From Squalus acanthias (Eukaryota): a stretch of 64,000 nucleotides of DNA. Below the pieces are notes generated by a model that saw nothing but the letters and a program-made list of their open reading frames with translations, searched no databases and was not told the DNA's origin. The translations under genes and the position numbers were made by a program. This document shows, one piece after another, positions 1 to 12,470 of the stretch (its first letter is position 1; the number at the start of each line of letters is the position of its first letter). The stretch is from NCBI GenBank assembly GCA_030390025.1, contig CM059429.1, forward strand, positions 30,628,001 through 30,692,000. The letters are read 5' to 3'.

Positions 1-169
1 TATGTTGTTTTTATGTAATGGCTGATTAAATGGTGTACTGGCATAGTAAGTTTGTAGTCCTAGCACTCTGCCAGAGAGTAGGAAGATGTGCAGTTCTCCA
101 CGCAATGAGATCTTAAGCTCTGTATGGGAGAGAATGTTGAACTCCCCTGACAGCTCTGAGTAAATGCGT

Positions 170-445
170 CATGTGGTTTGGTGCTGAACTATGTGGACCA
201 ACTAATTCTTGGATTCCCTGCGCTGGGCCTGTGCTGAGTTGCTCTCAGCCATTATTGGCAGTAAGGGTGCTAAAGTTGGCTTCAACATCCCTGCGATGGA
301 AAGGAGGGTAAAAATGAGCCAGATTTGCACTCTTGATCACTGTCCATTGAAGCCTTCTGAAAGTTCAAATGTGTAGACATCGAGTGAGAACAGGGTATGA
401 TGCACACCATGGTTGAAGACCGTGCAGAGACTCACTGTTTAGGTT
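170..445 (+). mobile_element. Old tRNA-derived SINE-like repeat, degenerate copy (unnamed family, many copies in window)
   Basis: Shares blocks (ctgtgctgagtt..ctcag; aaaatgagccag; ctcactgtttagg) with copies at ~11505, 37490, 39200, 41065, 59455 and reverse copies at ~490, 16730, 36045, 47845. Boundaries approximate. Confidence 0.55.
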
Positions 446-2138
446 TGTGTCTGTGTCTGTGTATACATACACAGATGGTGGAGTGCAGTTTTCTACTTTT
501 TCCTCCCCTTGCTCCTGAAGATACCAACCCATGGTGGGTTATGGTTTCATAAGTGGTTGGCCCACCCTTCAACATTCCTCACTCCAGCTCAGCATAAACA
601 GGTGGTCGGCTACTCGGCACCTGAACTGCACACCAAAGTTGGGCAGTAGAAAAATATATTGGGATGGGGGGGTTTATTTACATTATTGTTGTAGAATTTA
701 ATTGCTTTTTTTATTAAATGCCAGCTAAAGCACAATATTTTATCAGTTTATAAAACATTGTTGTTAGATAAAATCCCCCAAATTGAAGGTTCTGTCTAAC
801 AGGAACGTGTAGCGACCCGTGAGTGTAGGAAGAATGTCAGGGTAAGTTAGCACTCAGTGACTCTACTTTAATTTGTCAGCATTATCAAACTGTTAATGCC
901 AGCGGAGCTATTATCTGACATCTGCTGTGATGTGCCTATCTGCCAAATCTCATTCCTTTCCCTTGTTCTGAATTCTCATTACAGCATTAATTAAGTAGGA
1001 GCCAGGCGGACTGATTTCAACATTATAGTAACTGCAGTTCCCTTAAACAGACATCCTGCTGGGAGATTAAAGACAAGCTCAATATCTTTTGAATCTAACA
1101 TTAAAATAGCTTTAAGTAGGATTGGTCTTTGCCCTACATTTTTTTTTTTACTTTACTCAATTGTTACAGAAATTCTGGGGAGAACAGTAGGGTTACCCCT
1201 AGTGATTACTTCTGTTGCTAAACTGTTCTTCAGAATTGTCAATGGTGGTCCTCAGATGTCAATGGCACAATCAACTGCTCAAATAAGTGAACACGCCATC
1301 CATTTCACTGGCTACGCTTGGAACTTGGTCTGTTCTAAAATGATTCAGTTAGCATGCTTTTAATTACTGAACTCAGCATGTCCTGTTACAGCTCTTGCTC
1401 AGGCCTCGCTGATCTGCCAGCACATTCTTTTTTCAATTTCCCCTTGAAGTTATTAAATTCCTGTTGCTTTGAAGTAATGGATTCCCACTAGAATTTTTTT
1501 AATCGAATCACAAAATTTAATGGTGGAGGATGCTGTTTGAAAAGTCAAGGGTTTTTTTCTTGTTAATTTCCAATTCCATTCAGATCTAACCATGTGAATA
1601 AGATTTAAGATATACATTTCTAAATTTAGTAATTTTGATTTCAAATTGGGAGATTAAAAGAAATAGAAATGGAAGTGGCAAAAATATAAAATGACTATGA
1701 ATAATAATGTTACAAATCTCAACTTTTTAAGATGTTATTTTTGTGGTGAGTTATGCCAGTCTGCAATCTTACTTGTAAAATAAGCAGTTGACCCTGTTAG
1801 AAAAATATCGCTCTCCCCCACACCCAGGATGAAAATTGCTGGCTAATAGTGATCTTGATAGCCAATGGCCAGACATGACAGCACATTTCTGGTGTCCTTT
1901 TGTCTATCCCTGGAAGGGTCTGTGTGTATATTATGAGACCTATTGCTAGCACCTCTTGGTCAACAACACAGTTACGGATAAGCTGCCTTTTTCTGAAACA
2001 TTCCAGTAGATATATTTGTAATAATTGCAGTCCTTGTGTTTCACAACATTGGACAAAGAAAAAAAAAAGAAACTGTGTAATCACTGACATTTGGAAGCTG
2101 AGTAGGAAAGTTTTTTTTAAACTATAATTTGAGTCGTA

Positions 2139-2469
2139 AGGGTACACGTTCTTTTTTTACTGTTTGGGTGTTGAGCATCGCCTGGATGGAGCCAAAAGAA
2201 AAATCTGGCAGGGTGGTTCACGCGCCCCTGAAAGAACCCGCCAGATTTTTCTTTCATAAATTTCACTCCTGAAAGGTTGGCTCTAATTTTTAGACTATGC
2301 CCCCTAGTCCTAGACTCCCCAACCAGCGTATTTTCCTTTCGTTAATTTCAATGGAAGGAAAATCAGGCAGGTTCTGTTACTGGTGTGCCAACTTTCCTGC
2401 CAGGTTTTGCTTTCTGAGCTCCAACCAGGCGATGCTTAATGCCCACACGGCAAATAGAAAATCTACCCC
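2139..2469. mobile_element. Palindromic MITE (PIF/Harbinger-like ends) with a short CR1 fragment in the middle
   Basis: Long imperfect inverted arms (gggtgttgagcatcgcctggatggagc..aaaatctggcagg versus cctgccaggttttg..gctccaaccaggcgatgcttaatgccc); right end gaaaatctacccc; CR1-like reverse piece at ~2262-2330. Confidence 0.6.
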
Positions 2470-3219
2470 ATAGACTTTCATGACCATTATCTCCAGTGCC
2501 TATTATTGTTGTAGGGGGTGGTGTTTTGTGTCAGCTTCACCTCTGGCTTCTGAGCGGTTCGAATCGCTCCCACTCCCTTGGTTCTAGACCTTGGACTTAT
2601 TTGGGGGTTGTGACAAAAGGTGCAGCAGACAACTGAGTTTGATGAAAGAACTTCAATCTTTATTAAAAAGGTAAAACACAAATAACAACACTCTTAATAC
2701 TCTAAAGGTGGGGAACACTTCGGTACAAGCGAGGGAAATGACAGTAGAACAATACTTCACCCCTCCCAACCCCACTTTACTAGCTAAGTTAGGCTTTGAA
2801 GGACCAGGGATAATGCTCACCGATCCGTTGACAGTTGGGCTAAATCGCGGTTTTGGGGTTCGCTGTTTATGGCGGTTAGTGTCTGCCGTACCCCGTACAC
2901 GGTAGAGGACTTCACCTGCGTATCTGGTCAGTCTTCGCGAGTCCGCTAATGCGGTAGGATGTCGTTTTGGATTTATCTGGTGAGTACCCAATTTCTTTGG
3001 TTTAGCAGTAGGGTTTAGAGTCTTTGAGAAAATCTTACCCAGGGGTAAGTCAGGAGTAGATTGTAGAGTGGAAACTTTGCGGTTCTTCGGGTTTTCTTCC
3101 CTTGAGTTGGTCTTTGTTGGTCGCGGTGGCCTGCTATTACCCGGTCAGTTGGGGGTAATATGCGGTTGTTGGTTTCTTGAGGCCTTTGGTTTCCGCGATG
3201 GTTTTAGGCCTTGTCTAGT

Positions 3220-3311
3220 GTGTCGGTCGACCTCGTGGAGGTGTCGGTCGACCTCGTGGAGGTGTCGGTCGACCTCGTGGAGCCGTCGGTCGACCTCGTG
3301 GAGCCGTCGGT
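3220..3311. repeat. 21-bp tandem repeat (gtgtcggtcgacctcgtggag) x4.4 inside the LTR
   Basis: Read directly; last units begin cc instead of gt; no spacers. Confidence 0.95.
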
Positions 3312-3519
3312 GACTTGTTGCTCCGGGTGACTGTGTTGGGACCGTTGTTGGAGGTCCGTCGAGGTGGTATCTTCACGAGCTGGACTCAGGTGTGTCTGAG
3401 TGGTGAGCGATGCCGACTCGCTTCCAGCTCGGCTTGCGTCGGTGATGTTGCTCCTTGTCTCCACACTCGACTGTGTGTGTGATGCTGATGACCCGCTTGT
3501 CTTCACTCTCGAACTGCTT

Positions 3520-3745
3520 AACGGGCCTTCAATTATACTAAATTGAAGTGGCCTTATCTGCCCGCCAAATCTGCTCAGTTCTTTGTCTGATTTTGGCGGG
3601 CTCGTTAACGGTAACTACTTTACTAGCGTGTTAACTGGTTTTTAACAGGCCTTCAATCTCACCCATTGAACATGGCCTTATCTGCGTGCCAAATCTGCTT
3701 GGTTCTTTGTCTGATTTTGGCGGGCTAGTTACCAGTAACTGTTCT
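3520..3745. repeat. ~125-bp tandem duplication in the LTR U3-like region
   Basis: ggccttcaat..ggccttatctgc..gccaaatctgct..gattttggcgggct occurs at ~3523 and ~3648. Confidence 0.85.
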
Positions 3746-4232
3746 ATAAGTGTCAAATGGCTTTTGGGATGGCTTGCATCCTGTCGATCTCCTCAGTTGA
3801 TCACTGGTGATTGATTTCGTGTTTGGTTTTCTAGGCTGGACTCGGTCTTTCTATAGAATGGGCCTGAGTGGGTTTTATTATGCATGTTTCTGTTGGGCCC
3901 TGTAGTCGGTTTTGATGGGGCCTGTATTTGGGTGGGACTGTCTTCTCCCTGGGTCTATTGTTCAAATGTTAATGTCTGCTGGGGCTTGAGTGGGGTCATC
4001 CCGGTTCCTCAGACAGTGCAATTAACTGCAATAGCCAAACTGCTTTTACAGAGGTCGAGCCCAGCCTCCTTGTCCCTTTACAGGCCCAGACATGTTTTTA
4101 AAATGCCAAAACTTGGTTTTTGGTCTCAAATTCCTTAGGTTAGACCCAAATGCATTTTTATCACTCTGAGGTAGTTCCAAAGTCCTTTTTTCTTAGGTTT
4201 TGGGGATCTGCAAATTTTGGAGACCTTACATT

Positions 4233-6222
4233 ATAAAAACAGAAAATGCTGGAAATACTCAGCCGGTCAGGCAGCATCTGTGGAGAGAGAAACAGTTAAC
4301 GTTTCAGGTCGATGACCCTTTGTCAGAACTGGAAAAAGTTAGAGATGTAACAGGTTTAAGCAAGGGCAGAGGCAGGGAAATGGGGGAGAGGAGGAAAGAA
4401 CAAAAGGGAAATCTGTGATTAAATGAGAAAATGGATGATGGTGCAAGGCAAAAGGAGGTGGTAATGGGACAAGTAAAGAAACAAAAGATGGGTCTAGAGG
4501 AACTGTAAATGGCAAAGCAGAACCATTACCAGCACCTGCTGTCCGAAAACATAGGAGCAGTGGTTATGATCTGAAATTGTTGAACTCGGTGTTGAGTGCG
4601 GAAGGCTGTAAAGTGCCTAATCGAAAGATGAGGTGCTGTTCCTCGAGCTTCCGTTGAGCTTCATTAGAACAGTGTAAGAGGTCGCGGTCAGTGTGGGAGT
4701 GGAACGGAGAATTAAAAAGGCAAGCAATCCGGAAGCTCGGGGTCACGCTTGCGGACTGAACAGAGGTGTTCAGCAAAATGATCACCCATTCTGTGTTTGG
4801 TTTCCCCAATGTAGAGGAGACCGCATTGAGAGCCGCAAATTCAGTATACGAAATTGAAAGAAGTACAAGTAAATCGCTGTTTCACCTGGAAGGAGTGTTT
4901 GGGGCCCTGGATGGTGGGAAGGGAGGAGGTAAAGGGGCAGGTGTTGCATCTCCTGCGCTTACATGGGAAGGTACCGTGGGAAGGGAAGTGGGTGTTGGGG
5001 GTGATAGAGGAGTGGACCAGGGTATCGCGGAGGGAACGTCCCTTTGGAATGCTGAAAGGGGTGGGGAAGATGCGTTTGGTGGTGGCATTGCGCTGGAAGT
5101 ATCGAAAATGTCGGAGGATGATCCGTTTAATGTGGAGGCTGGAAGGTGAGGACAAGGGACGCACCCTATTATGGTTATGCGAGGGAGGGGAAGGGGTGAA
5201 GCAGAAGTGTGGGAAATTGGACGGACACGGAGGAGGGCCCAGTCAACCACAATGGAGGGAAATCCTCAGTTGAGGAAAAAGGAAGACCTATTGGGAGCAC
5301 TGGTGTGGAAGGTGGCATCGTCAGAACAGATGCAATTGAGAAACTGGAATAGAGTCCTTACAGGAAGCAGGGTGGGAGGAAGTGTAATCACGGTAGCTGA
5401 GAGAGTCAGTGGGCTTATGATAGATATTGGTTGACAGCCTGTCCCCAGAAATGGAGACGGAGAAGTTGAAGGGAAGGGAAGAGTCAGAGATGGACCACGT
5501 GAAGGCGTGAGAGGGGTGTAAATTGGAAGCAAAGTTGATGAAATTTTCAAGTTTGAGGCAAGAGCGAGAAGTGGCACCGATACAGTCATCAGTGTACAGA
5601 AAAAGAGGTGAGGGAGGGGACCTGTGTAGGACTGGAACAAAAAATGTTCCACGTATCCCACGAGAAAGGCAGGCATAGCTAAGACCCATGCAGGTTCCCG
5701 TAGCAACACTTTTTTTATTTGGAGGAAGTGCGTGGCGTCAAAGGAGAAGTTGTTCAAAGTAAGAAGTTCAGCCAGGCGGAGGAGGGTGGTGGTGGATGGG
5801 GACCGGTTGGGCATCCGTTCAAGGAAGAAGAGGAGGGCCTGCAGGCCGTACTAGTGCGGGGTGGAGGTGTAGAGGGACTAGACGCCCATGGTGAAAAGGA
5901 GACGGTTAGGACCAGGAAATTTGAAACTGTTAAAGTGGTAGAATGCGTCGGAAGAGTTGCGTATGTCGATGGAAAGAGACTGGACAAGTTGTGATAGGAA
6001 GAGATAAGTTCCTTGAGGCAAGAACAGACTGAAACGATGGGTCTACCAAGACCGTCCTGTTTGTGGATCTTGGGAAGGAGGTAGAAGCGGGCTGTGCGTG
6101 ATTGGGGGACTGAGGTTGGAGGGAATATCTCCAGAGGATCAGTGATGGTCTGGGAAATGATGGCTTGATGTTTCGGTGGCGGAGTCATTGTCCAGGGGGA
6201 GGTAGGAGGAGGTGTTAGAGAG
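4233..6222 (-). mobile_element. Penelope-like retroelement (Neptune type), 5'-truncated and frameshifted; RT + GIY-YIG endonuclease + pLTR
   Basis: Minus-strand ORF pieces FYLLPKIHK..GRPIVS, LTLNNFSF, MGLSYACL, YTDDCI, IYHKPTDS..HP, the Cys linker CKRRRCNTC, LYIGETK and KLEEQHLIFRLGTLQP..NTEF. Confidence 0.92.
4293..4331 (-). ncRNA. Minimal type I hammerhead ribozyme motif of the PLE, with a core mutation
   Basis: Reverse complement cagtt CTGACAA ag ggtc atc gacc t GAAA cgtt aactg; CUGANGA is changed to CUGACAA, consistent with CpG decay. Confidence 0.7.
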
Positions 6223-6508
6223 TTCTAAATATATGTAACTTCTGAAATAGCAGTAAGAAAACTACTGAGGATACAGATCAAACCAAAAAAATAATGCTGT
6301 TCCTTCTAGTGTGGTCAATTTATATTCAAGGAAGTGTTTGTATGTATATACAAAACCAGTACCCAACATGGCTTCCTGCTAGATAACCTAAGACCATGTG
6401 AAATTTAAGCAATGTTAATGAGTAAACACTGAATTCAGTTTTTGTAGATTTTTGTCACTGTTTTCTTCAGTTAGATCTTTCTGTGTTTGACCTTTACTCT
6501 TTTCACAG

Positions 6509-6602
6509 CCACGAAGAGTATTTCTCGGGTCGGCCATATGGAGCACTGGATTCTGGTTTCAACAGTGTTGACAGTGGAGATAAGAGGTGGTCAGGGAATG
6601 AG
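6509..6602 (+). CDS. LRCH3: LRCH3 internal exon (HEEYFSGRPYGALDSGFNSVDSGDKRWSGNE)
   Basis: tttcacag acceptor, gtacat donor; matches recalled LRCH3 motif RPYGALDSGFNSVDSGDKRWSGNE. Confidence 0.95.
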
Positions 6603-7359
6603 GTACATGACGCGATGCCTTTTTAAAACAATACTTGGAGCAGATATAACCAGTGTTTAAGAACTCTGTTTCAATATCCATTACAAGTAACAGGAGCAAA
6701 AAAAAAATTACTTCTATATCTTTAAATCTATACACTGACCTCAATGAAAATTAGCACTGAGAACTCCCTCATTGTTCCTGATCAATACATTTCTTCCTGT
6801 GCTTGCTGCAGTGGGATAGTGGCTTGTCAGTTGGCTCCTCCTGGCACTTAATGGTTCAATTACAGTAGTCCCTCATGTTGCTTGATGCTTGCTGCACTGT
6901 CAATTTTGGAAGCCTATGGTCAAACTGTTAATACCAGTCAATCTTTTATATCACCAGGCTTGCTGGTTCTTGGCTAGCCAGTCCTTATACTACACTTTTT
7001 TTAAACATTCTTTGTTTCCCCCACTGAGTAATTGCCTATTTACTAATGTATCTCTTTCAATTATTAATACTGTAAGACAATATCCATTTAAATCTGAATT
7101 TACAGTCATGCATCAGTGTCTGAGTAGTAATAGTGACAAATGCTGTCCAATTGTGCAGCCTCTGTATATTGCTACCCCATGTATGATACAACCCACATGA
7201 TACTTAGAAAGGTAGGCATATCTTAACATAACTGTTTTTGTTGAAAAATTGTTCTATTTGTTTGTTGCTTTACAGTATCCCTTGTGTAAGGTCCATTACT
7301 GCGGTATTAATTAGGATATGTTATATGTGTAAAATAAAGCCTTGCCTTTCTTATTGCAG

Positions 7360-7480
7360 CCCACAGATGAGTTTTCTGACCTCCCACAGCGAATGGCTGA
7401 AATTGCAAAGGAGCAGCGGCAGCGACGAGAGAGTCAGCATCACGAACATAGAGCTGTACCACCCGTGACAAATGGCACAG
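7360..7480 (+). CDS. LRCH3: LRCH3 exon (PTDEFSDLPQRMAEIAKEQRQRRESQHHEHRAVPPVTNGT)
   Basis: ttgcag/gtaaat; phase 0 to 1; homologous to human PTDEFSDLPLRVAEITKEQR. Confidence 0.95.
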
Positions 7481-8562
7481 GTAAATAAATCCAGAGTGAG
7501 ACAGACACAACCTCAGTAATTGAATAAGTGCGGTCATGATAGATGACACACCCAGTGAAAATGAAGAAACATTCTGTGATTGTTAGCATTTCTTTCTTTT
7601 ATAACTTGGCATACGTGCTACATATCAGCCATAGAATGGAGGTTTATTCAGCCTGCAAACAGATTGTAGAGGATACTACCATGAGACATGAGAATATCTA
7701 ATAAATCTTAAAATTTGCATGGCAAGTAGTTTTACAGAAAATTGAATATTCATTTTCTTAGGCTGCTGTTGGTGTGACTTCAGATATTTTAAGTGGTTGA
7801 ACAAGCTTTGTTCTCTTGCATGTTTTTCAGATACTTTTCATTCTAAGGTCTGCCACAGTTTTTTTTTTAAACCAGAAACTTGCCCCGTTAAACCAACTTC
7901 CTTCACTTTGAATAACCCATACACATATACAAATACTGTTGTTCAGTTTATGTATAATATTCTTTTATTCTCCAGGTAACAGAATTCTGATTCTGCTGTG
8001 ACCCCTGAATATTATGCAAAAGGTTCAATCAGGAAGTTAAACTATGCATCCGGATATTGTTTCAATTCGTAGTGTATCTTATTTTCAGATTGTTTGGTAG
8101 AGTCTTGGCAATTGTGTAACTAGCAGGGGGTAGAGGGAGAGCAGATTTGCATACTTATAATCCATGCTATGGAATGATACAGTTCAGTTCCAAACCCAAG
8201 ATTCCCCATTTGCTGAGGTCTTGATTCCCGCCAGGACCAGCAGGTCAGACTTCCTTTGAGACAGAAGTTGGTAGGGCTCTTAACTTTCATTTGCACTCCC
8301 TGTTTGCTCATTATATGAGCATTAGTGAGGCATGGGAACAAGTCATTGCCCACTAACTAGATTGAAGATGAATGGGCAGCATGGGAGGCCAAATTTGAGA
8401 AAAAGAAATTAGGACTACCACCACCCCCCCCCCCCCAAACATACTTTGGTTTTAATCCACAACAAATTTGTTATAATGAAAGACATAATTCTTTGGTGAA
8501 ATACAATAATTATTCCAATAAATGCATTCTAAATATCGCAATTCAATCTACCCTATAATGAA

Positions 8563-9780
8563 TCATAGAAGTCTACAGCACCAAACGAGGCCATTCAGCC
8601 CATCATGTTTCTGCCAGCTTTTGCTAGAACAATCCAGAACTAATCCCACTGCCCTGCTGTCTCCCCAGAGCCTTGTGACTTTTTTTGTTTCAAACATTTA
8701 TCCAGTTTTCCCTTAAATCGTGCAGTTGGTCTCTGCATCAACCACTCCCAGCAGCAAAGCATTCCGTGCTCCAATAACCGTTTGTGTAAAGAAATTTCTC
8801 CTAATCTCTCTCTTCACTCTTTAAGTGGTAACGTTAAATTGATGACCCACCACCCACCCCGTCACTGACTCCCCAACCAGAGGCAGTAGTCTTTTCAAAT
8901 TCACTCTATAAAACCTTTAATACTTTTTTTTTAAAAACCTCTTTTAAATCTCTTCTGCTCCAATGGAAATAGTTAATGTACCTCAAGCCTCTCCTCATAA
9001 CTATAATTTCTCAAAACCACAGTCCCCACTGATTTATAGTGGGCGCATTTGAGCGCGCGCAGTCTACCCGCTATACACAATGTCGAGTATAACGGTTATT
9101 GTGTACCAAACCAAGTTGCTCTCACTGGGGTTGCGGTATTTATCTCTCAGTTGCCCTCACTGGAACTGTTTACCTCAGCCAATTTCCCAGGATAATCTCT
9201 GAAAGTGGCTCCTTCTTGAAGTGTTTCTTTCCAAGGAGATACACTAAACAGTGAGTTTCGGCCCAAGCTGGGAGGGAGAGCTTGCGGCTCCGACTCGGGC
9301 GCTGACTCCAGGCAAACTGGGCAGGCCAGTGACAGGTAGAAAGATCCCTTGGAGAGCGAGAACCTGCCAACTCCCAAAAACTCTGACTCCGACTCCAGGC
9401 AAACCGGGCAGGTCAGTGACAGGTAAAAATTCTGCCTGAAATAAACGGAGCACTAAAGACACTATAACCGGCAACTGTCAAATTGACATTAATGCAAATA
9501 GTTAATGGTTTTCGCTTTTTGGCCGATGTAAGTGACTGCCCTTTTTAAACGTGGATGTTTTAAGTGGGACTGTATAGCTTCACCTCCCTGGGATCATCCT
9601 GGTGAATCTTCAGTGTATGCTGTCAATGGCTTTAATGCCTTTTCTACAAGATGGTTCCCAAAACTGCACATGTGGCTCGAACTGTGGCTTAACCATTGTT
9701 TTGTATAAATGCATCATTACGTCTGTGCTCTTGTAGTCTATGTCCCTATTTATAAAACCCTAAATTCTACTGACCTTTTC
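8563..9780 (-). mobile_element. Degenerate CR1 LINE 3' part, interrupted by a MITE at 9020-9572
   Basis: Reverse CR1 tail (catagaa..ggccattcagccc), aaagaaatttctcct, ctggtgaatctt; sequence resumes after the insertion. Confidence 0.7.
9020..9572. mobile_element. Non-autonomous Tigger/pogo-like DNA transposon (MITE)
   Basis: Ends cagtccccact...agtgggactg followed by TA; internal ~87-bp duplication (gactccaggcaaa..gggcagg..agtgacaggta); splits a CR1. Confidence 0.7.
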
Positions 9781-9923
9781 AATGCCGCAAATAGTTTCAG
9801 TAATTTGCTATGAAAGAATTATAGAAAAGCGAAGACTAAAATAGTAGTCACAGTGGATGTTTTGTGAGGTAAATAATTTGCAAACAGTAGCAGGTTGAAA
9901 TTATTTTTATATCTTTATTCCAG

Positions 9924-10066
9924 TTGAACATGACCTAGAGCAGATTGATTACATTGATAGCTGTGCAGAAGAGGAGGAGGAAATGCGATTGTCAAAGCGT
10001 CCTGACTCCACCAGCCTCAGCTCACAATTCATAGCATATATTGAACGACGGCGTATTAACTATGAG
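9924..10066 (+). CDS. LRCH3: LRCH3 exon (VEHDLEQIDYIDSCAEEEEEMRLSKRPDSTSLSSQFIAYIERRRINYE)
   Basis: ttccag/gtaact; phase 1 to 0; homologous to human VEHDLDQIDYIDSC..LSSQFMAYIEQRR. Confidence 0.95.
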
Positions 10067-10512
10067 GTAACTCTTACAGCCATGAGTTCTTGACTAAAAA
10101 CTATGAGAATATTTGCATGTAAAGGCTATATGGTTAAGAGTAGTAGTTTACTGGAGCAATGTATATTTATAGATATTTTAATTTACTGGTTAGACTTTGC
10201 ACCATCTTTGTTAATAGAATAACCTCTTGTGCAGGATATTATTTTGTTGCTGTTTTCTTGTGTGAATGAGATTTATGGCCAAAGATAAATATTTGGATGA
10301 TTGTTTGTGCATGCAATACAGTGTACAGATGTGTAAAAAACCATCATAAACCATTCTTTATATATTTCATTGCTGGCTAATAAATTTTGATCACTACAAC
10401 ATATTCCATTTCACAATACTGGTTCATAATTATAGTTCCACAGTGTTTTATAGGGCAGGATTGTAACTGATAAATCTAATGTTGAAGGGTTTTTCTTTTC
10501 CTCCTTTTGAAG

Positions 10513-10589
10513 GCCCCCCCAGCGAAATCAAAGCTCATCGGCGATCCACAAAGAACTGAGAATGGGAGGGGCTGGCTACAACAGAACAG
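10513..10589 (+). CDS. LRCH3: LRCH3 exon (APPAKSKLIGDPQRTENGRGWLQQNR)
   Basis: Pyrimidine tract + gaag acceptor, gtattg donor; phase 0 to 2; similar to human ..QKTEDMRRYLHQNR. Confidence 0.85.
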
Positions 10590-10711
10590 GTATTGCCTTC
10601 AACTTCATTTGGAGCAAATTTACATGAAAGAATGAAGACTGGTTCTATATTTGAAATTACAAATGTATTTCAAATCCAGAGCATCCTGAAAATAATTTTA
10701 CTGGATATATA

Positions 10712-11246
10712 GGGCTCGATTTTGTTATTGGGGCGGGCTGGGGTCGTGTCATCCACTTTTCGTGTTAGCCACCCGACTCCAATTGGATGTGGGAGAATTA
10801 TTCGATTTTCCCATAATTGGGCAATTGAGTTCCAGCATGTGGGAACCCATGACCCAATTAGTGTTTTCAGTCTGAAAGTCGCCTCTGATGATGTCATCAT
10901 TGCTGCTGCATTGAAGGTCTGCAAAGACTGGGAAGCTTTTGGCCTTTCCTGTGAGAGGGAGGAGGAGGATATTGATGATGATTGATGATGGAGGAGGAGG
11001 AGGAGATGATGGAGATGGAGGAGGACGACGATGAGGAGGACGAGGACGACGACGTGTTAAAATCAGAAAGGCCTCTCAGAATGGGATTATAGAGGCAATT
11101 AAGTGGTTGTTAACATTTGGAAAAATTGCTCGGAGGCGGGGTCGGGCCCACCCGCCATTTTTTGCAATTTTAACACCCCACCCACCCGCCATTATTTTCA
11201 ATTTTAACATCTCACCCGCCTCCTCGGGCCTGGCAAAATCGAGCCC
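10712..11246. mobile_element. Harbinger-like MITE with an internal (GAG/GAT/GAC)n simple repeat
   Basis: Perfect 13-bp TIR gggctcgattttg / caaaatcgagccc; repeated cccgcc motifs; triplet tract at ~10955-11053. Confidence 0.8.
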
Positions 11247-11504
11247 AAAATCTCTGTTGCTGCAACACATTAGGGCTTATAATTGTAGTGGAAGTAAAAC
11301 ATTTTTAAAATACTTGAAGATTTGATAGTACCTCAAAATATTCCAAATATGGAAGTACAGTATCAAGGTGCATTTTTGATTGTGTAGTAGTTATTTAATA
11401 ACTATTACTGGGATGTGACATTCTTTAATTTATTGTACAGTAATTATTGTCTGTTACATATGAATACTGTTTGAGTGAAAGGCACTTTGTAGAGAGGTTA
11501 TGTT

Positions 11505-11885
11505 CTCCAGTGGTACAGTGGGTAAACACACTGCTTAGTGGTTATAATAAGACACAGGCCTCAATGGGCTCTTGTTTGATCGCTAGTTTGTGCTAATTTA
11601 GCTGATCTCAGTTAGGGTGTTCAACTTAACCTCAGTGACCTGAACTGGGAGAGAGGAAAACTAAGCCAGGGTTCCTGCTCCTTTTCCAGTAATTTCTTCT
11701 GGAAAGTGCGCCAGTGCGCACATCAAGTTGACAGGTCTAAGATTCCCCCAACCATCGTCAAATAGTCTACTGACACTCTCTAACTAGGCTCATGCATGAA
11801 GATGTTATTTTGGAACGGTACTGAAGTCTGCTGGCATTCATACACCTGTATTCCAGTATGAATTTACACCTTCAGGGGAGGAGAA
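11505..11885 (+). mobile_element. Old tRNA-derived SINE-like repeat
   Basis: A-box-like tggtacagtgg head, tagctgatctcag core, cttcaggggaggag end, shared with other copies. Confidence 0.6.
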
Positions 11886-11984
11886 ACAACAGGAAATTCA
11901 GGGAACATCGATTCAACAAAAACAATTTCTTGTGTGCATTCTTCATTTAAAAAGTGAACCAGAAATAATAGGGAGATAGAACTA

Positions 11985-12470
11985 ATCCAGGGAGCTATAG
12001 ATTTGTTGGCTTAACATCAGTGGTAGGAAAGATACTAGAATCCTTGCTAAAAGATCAGATAACAAAACACCTAGAGACGGAGAATATAATTTATAAAAAA
12101 CATGGATTTCTAAAAGGAAGGTCATGTTTAACCAACCTCATTGAATTCTTTGAAGTAACAGAAAGAGTAGACAGGGGCAATGCAGTGGGTGTGGTATACA
12201 TGTTCTTTCAGGCCTTTGATGAGGTTCCACGTAAGAGATTTATGACAAAGGTCAAGGCGTATGCAGTCAGGAGGCAGAATGGATTGAAAGATAGCTACAA
12301 AACAGAGGATAGGAGTTTCTCTGACTGGCAGAAAGTGAGAAGGTGTTCCGCAGGGGTTGTGCTGGGACCACTGTTCACCATATACACAAATAATTTGGAC
12401 TCAAAAATTGGAGGTATGTGTCAAAATTTGCGTATTATACCAAATTGGGGGTACAGCTAATAATGTGGAG
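11985..12470 (+). mobile_element. Degenerate CR1 ORF2 (RT) fragment
   Basis: VGKILESLLKD..HGFLKGRSCLTNLIEFF..AFDEVP..VLGPLF. Confidence 0.85.

Larger units (their letters stand above)
2507..4230 (-). mobile_element. Solo LTR, 1724 bp (Gypsy or ERV type)
   Basis: TG...CA termini (tgttgtaggg...ccttaca) and a 4-bp TSD ttat at 2503-2506 and 4231-4234. CpG-rich. Minus-strand AATAAA (+ tttatt ~2659) and a TATA-like motif near 3535; internal tandem duplications; no gag/pol. Confidence 0.8.

Noticed and set aside
3220-3311. CRISPR-like short repeat array
   Set aside because: Head-to-tail 21-mers with no spacers, inside a eukaryotic LTR; no cas genes.
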